From an uncultured bacterium (lineage in GTDB: Bacteria > Auribacterota > Erginobacteria > Erginobacterales > Erginobacteraceae), in NCBI GenBank assembly GCA_963822585.1, contig CAWGIE010000031.1, forward strand, positions 32,001 through 96,000: a stretch of 64,000 nucleotides of DNA. Direction: 5' to 3'. The translations under genes and the position numbers were made by a program. Shown here in pieces: positions 18,990-28,619 of the stretch (its first letter is position 1; the number at the start of each line of letters is the position of its first letter). The notes below the pieces were generated by a model. The model saw nothing but the letters and a program-made list of their open reading frames with translations. It searched no databases and was not told where the DNA came from.

Positions 18990-21158
18990 TCATTCGGGGG
19001 GGGGGGAGGGAGACTCCCCATACCGGGTCCGGAAAAACCAGATATCGCTCTTCACCTCTCCGTACCTGCCGAACGCCCGCACCCGCCAGAGATAAGTGGT
19101 CCCCGAGGAAAGCTTCTTCACCGGACGGCCCTGGCTTTTCTTCAGCCCTGACATCGTCGGATATTCCGGCTCTTCTTCTCCGACTTTCCAGAGGGACAGA
19201 TCATAAGAGGTGGCGGCGTTGCAGTCGGCCCAGTCGAAAAGAAGATCATCCGGGGAGACCCCGGTTTCCCGATTTCCCGGTGACGGCAACGACGGTTTCA
19301 ACACCAGGTTCCGGTTCATTTCTTCCTGGATCACGGCGGCCTCCAGCCCCCGACCTTCATACTGATAGAGACGGATCAATGTCTGACAGAAATAGGGGGC
19401 GTGGGGGTTATAGCCGAATGTCTTCACGCCCCGCTCCAGGAGGCCCTGGGCCTCGGCCAGGTCCTGACGGCGGAGGGCGATCTCCGCCAGGTAGGTCAGG
19501 CTGGTCCGGTCGGTGGGATGAATATCCAGAGCCCGCCGGGCGAATTTCTCCGCGGCGTCATAATCTTTCAGGCCCAGGGCCAGCCCCGCAAACTGGTGGC
19601 AGGAGATATGCCTCATGTTGGCGTCGAAGAACATCGTCGGGAGCACCCGGTCGGCCAGCCAGTTCAACCGGTTCTGGACCTGGAGCCGTTCATACAGCCC
19701 CTCTTTCCGGACGTATTCCTGGGCGGCGGCGGCATAGCGTTCCGGGTTATCGAGTACCTGCTGATAGGCGAGGACTTTTTGTATCTCTTCGCGTTCCTCC
19801 CGCAGCTCCCGATCCCCCCGGATCGTATATCCGATCGCCGCCGCGAAGAGCAAAAGCCCGAGGACGGTAAGGTAATTGACCCCCTGGACGAGAGGGGCCG
19901 GAAGCCGGATCCGCCACACCGCCCTCGCCGTCGGAATGCTGTTGAGCAGGGCGGCCACACCGGCGACCCAGATCTGGGTGCTGACCTTTTCCGACGTGAA
20001 GGTGGTGAACTGCATGAAGATAATACCGACCAGGGATGCCCCGGCCGCCAGCATCACCCCTCTCCCCCTCCCCTTCCAGGCCAGCCGGAAAAGGAGCGCG
20101 AAGGTTAACAGAAAGAGCAGGGCGCCCGGAATGCCGAGATCGACATACGCCTGCAGATAATCATTATGGACTTCCCAGTTGAGAGTTTTAACTTCCGGCT
20201 TCCGGAGAAAGGGGGTGGCAACGATAGGAAAGTTGCCGAAACCGGCCCCGAGGAGTGGATCAGTAACCCCGAGGCTGGGAGCCCAGAAAGTCATCCGCTG
20301 CCGGGGGTTCATGATCGTTTTTGCCGCCTGCCAAAAATTAAGTTTCCCCTTGAAACTTTTCTCCGAACCGATCGGGAGCCCCACCGTAAGAGCAAGGATT
20401 AACGCAAGCACTGATGGCAAAATGAGAAATAGTATCTTCTTTTTATACGCGACAATTTTACGAATTCCACCTGCCACCAGCAGATAACACAGTCCGGCCA
20501 GCAACCCGACCCAGGCCCCCCGGGTCTTGGTAAGAAGAAGGAACAGCAGGTTGAGGATAAAGGCGATAAACGGGAGAAGGGATCTCCAGCCGCGTATTCC
20601 GAAATACCGCACCAGAAAAAAAGGCGAGATGACCATCAAGTACATACTGGCATAGTTTCGCGATCCCAGCGTGGCCCGGGGAACCGCCGTCCCGGGAAAA
20701 CTGTGGACGAAAGGGAACGACGGGAAAAAATACTGAAGGATGCCAATACCCGCCACCAGCAACGTCAGCAGGGAGAACGGCAACCAGAATATATCCGACT
20801 CCCAGAAACGTGTCCGCCGAGCCAGCAGATAGGCCAGGGTGGGAAGGAGCAGCGCCAGCCAGCGTTCGAATCCGACCCGGGGCTGGACGGCCCAGACCAG
20901 TGAAAGGAGCGCCCAACCCAGGTATGCCAGCCAGACCGCCCCCAGCAGGGTCAGGGTGAAGAAGTGCGGGCGGCGCGGCGGCAGCAGGGCCAGGCCGATC
21001 CCGACCGTCGCCGCCGCCCAAAAAGCTTTGGGCAGGTAATTACCCGACATCATACCGGGGAGACAGGCCAGAACGACGAGCGAAACCAGCAGCCAGATAA
21101 CCGCGCCCGGCCAGGATGGATCTTGCTTCGATAACGGCTTATGCTGAGACATCTTCAC
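18990..21158 (-). CDS. O-antigen ligase family protein with TPR and C-terminal FN3/Ig-like domain (possible O-oligosaccharyltransferase)
   Basis: TLGSRNY, TKTRGAWVG, GAGFGNF, VHNDYLQAYVDLGIPG; TPR-like helices (ARRALDIHP); C-terminal FDW...SYDL...TTYLWRVRA. Confidence 0.8.
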   Translation of the reverse strand: MKMSQHKPLSKQDPSWPGAVIWLLVSLVVLACLPGMMSGNYLPKAFWAAATVGIGLALLPPRRPHFFTLTLLGAVWLAYLGWALLSLVWAVQPRVGFERWLALLLPTLAYLLARRTRFWESDIFWLPFSLLTLLVAGIGILQYFFPSFPFVHSFPGTAVPRATLGSRNYASMYLMVISPFFLVRYFGIRGWRSLLPFIAFILNLLFLLLTKTRGAWVGLLAGLCYLLVAGGIRKIVAYKKKILFLILPSVLALILALTVGLPIGSEKSFKGKLNFWQAAKTIMNPRQRMTFWAPSLGVTDPLLGAGFGNFPIVATPFLRKPEVKTLNWEVHNDYLQAYVDLGIPGALLFLLTFALLFRLAWKGRGRGVMLAAGASLVGIIFMQFTTFTSEKVSTQIWVAGVAALLNSIPTARAVWRIRLPAPLVQGVNYLTVLGLLLFAAAIGYTIRGDRELREEREEIQKVLAYQQVLDNPERYAAAAQEYVRKEGLYERLQVQNRLNWLADRVLPTMFFDANMRHISCHQFAGLALGLKDYDAAEKFARRALDIHPTDRTSLTYLAEIALRRQDLAEAQGLLERGVKTFGYNPHAPYFCQTLIRLYQYEGRGLEAAVIQEEMNRNLVLKPSLPSPGNRETGVSPDDLLFDWADCNAATSYDLSLWKVGEEEPEYPTMSGLKKSQGRPVKKLSSGTTYLWRVRAFGRYGEVKSDIWFFRTRYGESPSPPPE

Positions 21159-21341
21159 GAGGCCTACCGCGAAAAAATTCCGGATGACAGATCCCCTCTA
21201 TCAGACAAATCTCACATTCTCAAGCCGGCGCCTGCGGATGATGAAAGGCAAAAGCCGGTTGCCGGCCGCAGTTTTGGATATGAATATTAAAACGGGGAGG
21301 TTATTTGATATCCGACGCGGGCGATTTGGCATGAGCAATGA

Positions 21342-23123
21342 CTAACCGGGAGTGCCTTCCTTCACCAGCGTGTTCAGTACCACCAGCAGGCAGGCCAGGG
21401 CAAAAGCCATCAGCATGGCGATCAGGACAATCCGGGTTCGCCGGGGGCCGACCTTGACCGGATCGGCTTGGGCCTTATAGAGGAGAACCGTGCCGCTGCG
21501 GGAAACGTTCTCTATCGACACCCTGAGCAAGGCGACTTCTTCGGCTTTAGCGGCCAGGGAAGAGCGGACCTGCGCCAGGTTCTCAACGTCCCTCTTCTGC
21601 CGGGCGATCTCATCCCGGCCGACGTAGACGCTCTTTTCCAGGCCGACGAGTTCCTGGCCGACGGCATCGAGCTTGGTTTTTTCCGCCGCCAGCCTGATCT
21701 CCATCTTCTCCAGGTCCTTCTCCGCCGCTTCATATCCCTGGCGGTCGGCATTATAGGTATTCTCATAATAGGCCAGAAGATCCTGGTCCTTCTTGACCGA
21801 CCTCTGCAATGCCCCCCGTTTTATCTCCAACGGTGCGATATCCATCATCAGGTCGCTGACCTCTTTCCGCAGCGTTTCCAACTCCTGTTTCCCTTCCCCG
21901 ATCTTGTTCTTTAACCCGCTGATCTCTCCCGCCAGAGTGATCATCTCCTTTTGCGTCTCCAGGAAAACTGTATTGCTCTCCTGGGATTTCATCCCGGGCA
22001 GCGAACCGCTTTCCGGCAGATCGCCCTGAAGATATTTATTCCAGATCGCGTCATCCCCGATGGCTTTGGTAAGGACGATCATGGGTTTGAGCCCCGCCAG
22101 TTCTTCCTGCAGCTTGTTATAGGTCGGTTCCGCGCTGAAGAGCTGGGAACGGGCCAGCAGGACCTCCTGGGAAATATCGTCGATCTGCTTCTTTTTGATC
22201 TTCACCATCATATTTTTATAATCGAGACGGCTGGACTCTTCAAATGCCGCCAGAGCCTGCTGGTTCTCTTTCAGACTCCGGATCGTCCGGGCGATTCGAT
22301 CGATCAGCGGCGTGGAGACGGGCAATACATACTCCGGGGTCCCCGAGTACTCTCGGTCATAAACCTCGCCGACCCAGATGCCGTCGATCTCCTGGGAGGA
22401 TACGCTGTCTTTTAAATTCTCCAGCAATACCTTCTTGACCGCGACTTCATCCTGTAATTGGAGAACTTCCTGAGAAAGCTGCGAATATAACGCTTTATTA
22501 TGTTCGAGCAGCATCTGATTGACGGTGAGGTTCGATTTCAGCATCATCTCGGTGTAACGATTCTCACTTTCGAGCAGGGACTTGTTGACCTTCTCATAGA
22601 TGTTGGCGGTGAAGGTATTGAGCTCATCGACGTTGCTCTGGTATATCTCCCGCGTCTTTTTGAGAACTACCTGCGCCCAATGGTTGGCGATCTCCATGGA
22701 CAGGTCCGGAGAGGTCGTGGTGGCGGTCAGTTTGACCATCGGCAGAAGATTCTTCTCCCGGCTGGAATCGCGTTCCACCGAGGTCGAGAGCATCTCCTGG
22801 AATCGGGGAAAGCTGACGCCCTTAACCAGGTTGCCCGAGGTGTTTAATTCCTGGAAAAGATCCCATTTCACCCGAGTGGACTCGATCAGCGACCGGAGAG
22901 ACTCAACGCTGAGAGGAGGGATCTCGCCGGTGATCGTCATTTCCGGCTGCTGGACACTGATCGCCGCGGAGGCGCTGTACTTGTTCGAAATCAAGAGGGT
23001 AACCGCCGCCGCCAGAACCCCCACGGCCAGGGTTGCGATCAGCAGACGGATCCTGTATTTGTTGAGTATCCTGATAAGCCCGATCTCGTTCATCTCTTCA
23101 TTCCTCCCGGTGGCTCCTGACAT
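21342..23123 (-). CDS. Polysaccharide co-polymerase (Wzz/GumC-like) with long coiled coil and no kinase domain
   Basis: N-terminal TM followed by KYSASA, long heptad-rich region, PVKVGPRR before the C-terminal TM. Confidence 0.8.
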   Translation of the reverse strand: MSGATGRNEEMNEIGLIRILNKYRIRLLIATLAVGVLAAAVTLLISNKYSASAAISVQQPEMTITGEIPPLSVESLRSLIESTRVKWDLFQELNTSGNLVKGVSFPRFQEMLSTSVERDSSREKNLLPMVKLTATTTSPDLSMEIANHWAQVVLKKTREIYQSNVDELNTFTANIYEKVNKSLLESENRYTEMMLKSNLTVNQMLLEHNKALYSQLSQEVLQLQDEVAVKKVLLENLKDSVSSQEIDGIWVGEVYDREYSGTPEYVLPVSTPLIDRIARTIRSLKENQQALAAFEESSRLDYKNMMVKIKKKQIDDISQEVLLARSQLFSAEPTYNKLQEELAGLKPMIVLTKAIGDDAIWNKYLQGDLPESGSLPGMKSQESNTVFLETQKEMITLAGEISGLKNKIGEGKQELETLRKEVSDLMMDIAPLEIKRGALQRSVKKDQDLLAYYENTYNADRQGYEAAEKDLEKMEIRLAAEKTKLDAVGQELVGLEKSVYVGRDEIARQKRDVENLAQVRSSLAAKAEEVALLRVSIENVSRSGTVLLYKAQADPVKVGPRRTRIVLIAMLMAFALACLLVVLNTLVKEGTPG

Positions 23124-23211
23124 GGTCCCGACGAATAAATCGGAGCGTCCTTATCCATGCCGGAGACGATATCGCTGTCAACAATACCGCACTTTTCATA
23201 TCATACTTGTA

Positions 23212-23290
23212 CTTATATAGATAATCATCGCCCCTGTCAAGACGCGAGACTGAATTGATATTGACAGGGACGGGGGGATATAGATAGATT
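23212..23290. promoter_or_regulatory. Back-to-back divergent sigma70-like promoters
   Basis: Minus strand: TTGACA (23240-23235), 17 bp, TATAAG. Plus strand: TTGACA (23261-23266), 18 bp, TAGATT. Located between divergent operons. Confidence 0.6.
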
Positions 23291-23299
23291 ACCGGCATT

Positions 23300-24016
23300 A
23301 TGCCGAAGCCGGTCTCCATCGTACTCCCCACCTATAACGAGAAGGATACCATCGCCCCTCTGGTCAAGGAGATCGCCGCCGGGATCTCCGGCGAGTCCGA
23401 GATCATCGTGGTGGACGACAATTCACCCGACGGGACGGGCGAGATCGTCTCCGCTCTCGGCCGGGACGATCCCCGGATCACGCTTCTGAGAAGGAGGGAG
23501 CGGGGGTTGACTTCCGCCCTCCGGGCCGGGATCGAGAAGGCCCGGCACGAAACCATCATCTGGCTGGACGCCGACTTCGCCCACCCACCCGAGGCAATAC
23601 CCGACCTGGTCGCCGCCGACGATGCCTATGATATTGTGGTCGCTTCCCGGTATGTCCGTGGGGGACATGACGGCAGGGATTCAGTCGTGCGCCGTATTTC
23701 CAGCATTGTTCTCAACCGCATCGGACAATGGTGGGTCCGTTCCTCAATCCGGGATCTCAGCAGCGGCTTTGTCCGGGCCCGGAAGACGGTCCTCAATCAT
23801 CTCAGCTTCCGGGGGACCTATGGAGACTACTGCATCGATTTCCTGGTCCGGGCGGAGAGGAAGGGATACCGCATCCTGGAGATCCCCTACACTAACTCCG
23901 AACGTGAAAAAGGTTACTCCAAAACCACCGCGAACCCCTTGACCTTTCTCCGTTATGTCTTATTATACTTCAAAACCATTACCCAATTGAGGAATACCGC
24001 CCGTGAAAAAGATTGA
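23300..24016 (+). CDS. GT2 polyprenol-phosphate glycosyltransferase (DPM1/ArnC-like)
   Basis: VLPTYNE, VVDDNSPDGT, LDADFAHPP, ASRY, DLSSGF, REKGYSK. Confidence 0.9.
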   Translation: MPKPVSIVLPTYNEKDTIAPLVKEIAAGISGESEIIVVDDNSPDGTGEIVSALGRDDPRITLLRRRERGLTSALRAGIEKARHETIIWLDADFAHPPEAIPDLVAADDAYDIVVASRYVRGGHDGRDSVVRRISSIVLNRIGQWWVRSSIRDLSSGFVRARKTVLNHLSFRGTYGDYCIDFLVRAERKGYRILEIPYTNSEREKGYSKTTANPLTFLRYVLLYFKTITQLRNTAREKD

Positions 24017-25193
24017 CGAGAAGAAAAGCCGGGAGGCCCTGCGCCGGGCCTCCGAGATGGCCGGACCCGAACCGGTCACCCCCGATGGCGTCGAAATAAT
24101 CCCGGTCTGTCAACCGACGCTGGAAGGAAACGAACGGAAATACGTCCTCCAGTGCATGGATACCAACTGGATATCCTCCCGGGGAAAGTTCGTGGATGAG
24201 TTCGAGGAAAAGTTCAGTCATTACTGCGGTGTCCGGTTCGGGATCACCACCAACAGCGGGACCACCGCTCTCCATCTCGCCCTGGCGACCATGGGACTGG
24301 GACCCGGGGACGAAGTCATCATCCCCTCTTTTACCATGATCTCGACCGCGAACGCCATCGCCTACCTCGATGCCGAGCCGGTGGTGGTTGATGTCGAGCC
24401 CCGGACCTGGAATATAGACCCGGATAAAATCGAAGCAAAAATTACCGACCGAACCCGGGCCATCATCCCCATCCATACCTACGGGCATCCGGCCGATATG
24501 GACCGCCTCCGGGCGATCGCGGATAAGTACGGTATCGATATCGTCGAGGACGCGGCCGAAGCCCATGGCGCCGAATATAAAGGGAGGAAAGCCGGGAGCT
24601 TCGGCAAGATGGCCTCTTTCAGTTTTTACGCCAATAAAATTATCACCACCGGCGAGGGAGGGATGATCGTCACTGACGATGAAGAGCTGGCCAATCGTCT
24701 CCAGACGTTGCGCAATTACGGCTTTACCCAGGAGAGGCATTTCTGGCACAAGGTGATGGGTTTCAGCTACCGGATGACCAACCTCCAGGCCGCCATCGGC
24801 CTGGCTCAGTTCGAACGAATCGATGAGTTGCTCGGATCGCGGAGAAACAACGCGAAATTATACAACCGTCTTCTGGGGGATGTTCCGGGGATAACCACGC
24901 CGCCGGAATCCGAGAATGTCAAATCCGCCTACTGGATGTATGGTGTGCTGGTGGAAGACGATTTCGGGATCGGCAAGGACGAGCTCCGCCAGAAACTGGC
25001 CGACCGAGGGATCGAGACCCGTTCCTTCTTCATCCCCATCCATCTCCAGCCGATTTATTCCCACCTCTTGAGCGATCAGTTTCCGGTCTCGGAGGAACTG
25101 GGACGGAAGGGATTTTACCTCCCCTCCGCCAGCAGTCTCCGCCCCGATCAGATCGAGTTCATCGCCGACGTCATCCGCGACGCGCGCCCTTAA
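24003..25193 (+). CDS. DegT/DnrJ/EryC1/StrS sugar aminotransferase (perosamine-synthetase-like)
   Basis: NSGTTALHLAL, EDAAEAHG, SFYANKIITTGEGG (PLP lysine), YRMTNLQAAIG. Confidence 0.93.
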   Translation: MKKIDEKKSREALRRASEMAGPEPVTPDGVEIIPVCQPTLEGNERKYVLQCMDTNWISSRGKFVDEFEEKFSHYCGVRFGITTNSGTTALHLALATMGLGPGDEVIIPSFTMISTANAIAYLDAEPVVVDVEPRTWNIDPDKIEAKITDRTRAIIPIHTYGHPADMDRLRAIADKYGIDIVEDAAEAHGAEYKGRKAGSFGKMASFSFYANKIITTGEGGMIVTDDEELANRLQTLRNYGFTQERHFWHKVMGFSYRMTNLQAAIGLAQFERIDELLGSRRNNAKLYNRLLGDVPGITTPPESENVKSAYWMYGVLVEDDFGIGKDELRQKLADRGIETRSFFIPIHLQPIYSHLLSDQFPVSEELGRKGFYLPSASSLRPDQIEFIADVIRDARP

Positions 25194-25247
25194 AATTTTC
25201 TTCGAAAAATTTTATATTTTCATCTAACGAATATTAGGAGACTGGAA

Positions 25248-25439
25248 ATGAGCCCAAAGATGACACTGATTTATTGGAAAGGAGAGAAGTTCTGGCTGGG
25301 CAAGCTCCTTGAACATCCTGAAATTATGACTCAGGGAAAAACAATAAGCGAGCTTGAAGAAAATATTAAGGATGCCTATCTGATGATGGCAATGGATGAT
25401 GTTCCTGAGGAATACAAACTGAAAGCAATCGCATTATGA
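25248..25439 (+). CDS. hicB: HicB-family antitoxin (short form)
   Basis: HPEIMTQGKTISELEENIKDA; RBS AGGAG; ATGA overlap with hicA. Confidence 0.85.
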   Translation: MSPKMTLIYWKGEKFWLGKLLEHPEIMTQGKTISELEENIKDAYLMMAMDDVPEEYKLKAIAL

Positions 25440-25624
25440 AACGGAAAGAGTTCATCCGTCAACTTAAGCGGGAAGGCTGTATCCTGCTAAGACCCGGATC
25501 CAGACACGACATTTATTTAAACTCTCATACGGGTATGAAACAACCCGTCCCCCGGCATATTGAGATCGATAATGCCTTAGCTAAACATATTCGAAAATAC
25601 CTGGGCCTTAACCCGATTGATTAA
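25436..25624 (+). CDS. hicA: HicA-family toxin (mRNA interferase)
   Basis: MKRKEFIRQL...GSRHDIY...PVPRH; 62 aa, basic. Confidence 0.88.
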   Translation: MKRKEFIRQLKREGCILLRPGSRHDIYLNSHTGMKQPVPRHIEIDNALAKHIRKYLGLNPID

Positions 25625-25746
25625 TAAATCGGGTTGGTTTTGAAAAGCAATAACCTAATATTATCAGGCCAATTCCTCCATTACTCAACCACCTCATCAC
25701 TCCTTCTCTTCGTGTCCTTCGTGGTAATTATTCAATCCTATTCATC

Positions 25747-27162
25747 ATGAATGTCCTGCTGATCAATCCTCCCTTCGATCCGGAGGAGTCGGTCGGGGAA
25801 AGCAGCTCGGTACGCTTTGTCCTCAATATCACCCCGCCCCTGGGGCTGGCCTACCTGGGAGCGGTCCTGGAACGGGCCGGACACCGGGTAAAAATCATCG
25901 ACTATACCGCCCGCTATCCCTATCCTCCCCTCCCCGATATACTGAAAGAATTCCACCCGGATCTGATCGGACTGACCGCGACCACGCCTTCATTCGAGAG
26001 CGCCTCCCGGATGGCGAAAGAGCTGCGGGCACGTGCTCCTTCCGCCCGGATTCTGCTGGGAGGAGCTCATGTTACCTGTGCCGCGGAAGCGGCGATGGGC
26101 TGCGGTTTTTTTGATGTCGGAGTGCTCGGAGAAGGAGAGGATACTATCGTTGAGTTGGCGGAGCATCTGAGCGAGGGATCTTTCACCGGTCTGGAAGAAG
26201 TACGAGGTATCATCTATCCGCACGGCAAGGAATTCAGGAGAACCCCTTCCCGACCCTTCATCCAAGATCTCGATTCCCTCCCCTACCCCGCCTACCACCT
26301 CCTTCCCTCCCTGGACCACTATCACCCCACACCTGCCTCCTACCGGAAGCTCCCGGTCGGGATCATGATGACCAGCCGGGGCTGTCCTTTCCAGTGCACC
26401 TTCTGCGACCGCTCCATCTTCGGCAACATCACCCGCTTTCACGGCACCGAACGGGTGCTGGCGGAGGTGGAGTGGATGCTTAATGACCTGGGGGCGCAAG
26501 AGATCCGCTTTTTCGATGACACATTTACCCTGAAACGGGACCGGGCCGCCGCGATCTGCGCAGGGCTCCGGGAACGGGGGCTGAAGTTTCCCTGGACCTG
26601 CCTGACCGCCGTCAAGGCGGTCACCCCGGAGCTGCTGAAGGAGATGAAGGCCGCCGGCTGCTGGCAAGTTCTTTACGGCCTGGAGTCGGGTGACGACCGG
26701 ATGCTGAAACTGCTCGGGAAGGGAAACTCGGTTGAAGCCAACCGCAACGCCGTCCGCTGGGCGAAGGAAGCGGGACTGGAGATCCGGGGGGATTTCATCG
26801 TGGGGACACCCGGCGAGACCATGGAGAGCCTGGAGAAGACGCTGCAGTTCACCCTGGAGAGCGGGCTCGACTACGCCCACTTCAACAAGTTCACCCCCTT
26901 CCCCGGGACCGAACTCTACCGCCGGCTGGTGGCGGGGGGCTACTCCTTCGATTTCTCCCGGGGGTGCAGCATCCTCGATCATGGGGCGCTTCTCTTCGTG
27001 CCCAAGTCGCTCGATCGAAACGAGTACCGCCGCTGGCTCGACCGGGCCTTCAAGAAGTTCTACTTCCGCCCCGCCCACATCCTCAAGCGCCTCCTGGCCA
27101 TCCGCACCTGGACCCAGTTCCGGGGCCAGGCCCGGGGCGCTTTCGCCATCGCCGGACTGTAA
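25747..27162 (+). CDS. Cobalamin-binding radical SAM enzyme (group A)
   Basis: PPLGLAYL, GGAHVT, GEGE, SRGCPFQCTFC, FDDTF, GLESG, PFPGT. Confidence 0.92.
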   Translation: MNVLLINPPFDPEESVGESSSVRFVLNITPPLGLAYLGAVLERAGHRVKIIDYTARYPYPPLPDILKEFHPDLIGLTATTPSFESASRMAKELRARAPSARILLGGAHVTCAAEAAMGCGFFDVGVLGEGEDTIVELAEHLSEGSFTGLEEVRGIIYPHGKEFRRTPSRPFIQDLDSLPYPAYHLLPSLDHYHPTPASYRKLPVGIMMTSRGCPFQCTFCDRSIFGNITRFHGTERVLAEVEWMLNDLGAQEIRFFDDTFTLKRDRAAAICAGLRERGLKFPWTCLTAVKAVTPELLKEMKAAGCWQVLYGLESGDDRMLKLLGKGNSVEANRNAVRWAKEAGLEIRGDFIVGTPGETMESLEKTLQFTLESGLDYAHFNKFTPFPGTELYRRLVAGGYSFDFSRGCSILDHGALLFVPKSLDRNEYRRWLDRAFKKFYFRPAHILKRLLAIRTWTQFRGQARGAFAIAGL

Positions 27163-27282
27163 CCCCGCGTCATCGATCAGCGGAGATTCGGATCGATTCG
27201 CCCACGTTGCAGGTTATTTTATATTTTCCTTGGCGATGAGAAGTGTTACTATCGCGCTATCCTCTATACCTACCTTTGCGCC

Positions 27283-28536
27283 ATGAACTCCACGGAAACA
27301 GAAGCCATTAAGGGATCCTTGCCGTCCCTGAGCATGAAGATCCTCGGCAGTGTCCTGCTGACAATGATCATGAGCGTCAACCTTGCTCACGGGGGTGCAG
27401 TGGAGGATGAAGGGACCTCAGCCGGGAAGGAAAATCAAAAATCCAAGCTGATGTCTTTGCCTTACCTTCTCGGCTATAACCCGGCTCCCGCGAAAACCGG
27501 GGTAACCGTTTATGACCGGAAGCGCGCCGGTACCGGCGTCAACCTCATGGTGACCGGCGGCGCAAACCCCGCTGTCCTGATGGACATGGAAGGCAACATA
27601 CTCCATGGATGGACGCTTGAAGAAGAGAACCATATACGACGCGCGCATCTGTTTCCCAACGGCGACCTTCTTGCCATATTAGGGAAGGGACGATTAGTGA
27701 AATTGGATAAAGATTCAAAACAAATTTGGTACCGCAAAGGTGGATATCATCATGATCTCGAGGTGGCGAAGAACGGGGACATTTACGTGCTGCGGGAGGG
27801 AGCGAGAACGGCCCCGGCCGAGGGGAAAAAAATAATCTGGAATTTGCCCGATGAATTCATGGATAACTTCATTACCGTTCTTACGCCCGACGGGGAGGTG
27901 AAATTAAACTATTCAATCTTTGACTGCATTTTCACCTCGGATTATCAGTCATTGTTGCGCGACAAAGCCATGGGTCCCAGCAAAGGAGATATCCTCCACG
28001 CCAACACAATCGAGCTGGTCAAGAAAGATTCCCGGCACCATTTCCCCCCTTTCCGGGAAGATGCCATCCTGGTCTCTTTCCGACATCTGGATACCATCGC
28101 GATTATCGATCCGGTTTCCCGGAAAGTCACCTGGGCCGCCTCGGGGATGTGGACGCACCAGCACCAGCCCACGATCTTAGCCGATGGGAAAGTACTTCTT
28201 TTTGATAACCAGGGTGAAAACGGGATGTCCCGGGTCATGGAATTCGACCCCGCCACTCAGGAGATAGGCTGGGCCTATCGTGGCACCGAAGAAAACGGTT
28301 TTTACAGTGAAGTCCTCGGCTCTCAGCAGCGGCTGCCGAACGGTAATACCCTCATAACCGAATCCTGCGCTGGCCGGGTATTTGAGGTGACCCCGGAAAA
28401 TGAGATCGTCTGGGAGTACCTCAATCCCCAACGCGCCGGGCCGGAGAATGATCTGATCGGCGTTATTTACGAGATGATCCGCCTCAATCCGGATGACTTT
28501 TATTTTCTTGCCGAAGAAAACGATCCCTCCCTCTGA
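27283..28536 (+). CDS. Secreted arylsulfotransferase-like (ASST-type beta-propeller) protein
   Basis: Signal peptide (NLAHG); HHD, DILHANT, HQHQP, LLFDN, QRLPNGNTLITES, IVWEY. Confidence 0.82.
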   Translation: MNSTETEAIKGSLPSLSMKILGSVLLTMIMSVNLAHGGAVEDEGTSAGKENQKSKLMSLPYLLGYNPAPAKTGVTVYDRKRAGTGVNLMVTGGANPAVLMDMEGNILHGWTLEEENHIRRAHLFPNGDLLAILGKGRLVKLDKDSKQIWYRKGGYHHDLEVAKNGDIYVLREGARTAPAEGKKIIWNLPDEFMDNFITVLTPDGEVKLNYSIFDCIFTSDYQSLLRDKAMGPSKGDILHANTIELVKKDSRHHFPPFREDAILVSFRHLDTIAIIDPVSRKVTWAASGMWTHQHQPTILADGKVLLFDNQGENGMSRVMEFDPATQEIGWAYRGTEENGFYSEVLGSQQRLPNGNTLITESCAGRVFEVTPENEIVWEYLNPQRAGPENDLIGVIYEMIRLNPDDFYFLAEENDPSL

Positions 28537-28619
28537 CGGGCCATAATGCTTTGAACAGGAATACAATCTGTCGATTAAACATTTTCTGCCGATCGTCAGA
28601 AAATGTTTAATCCACGATG

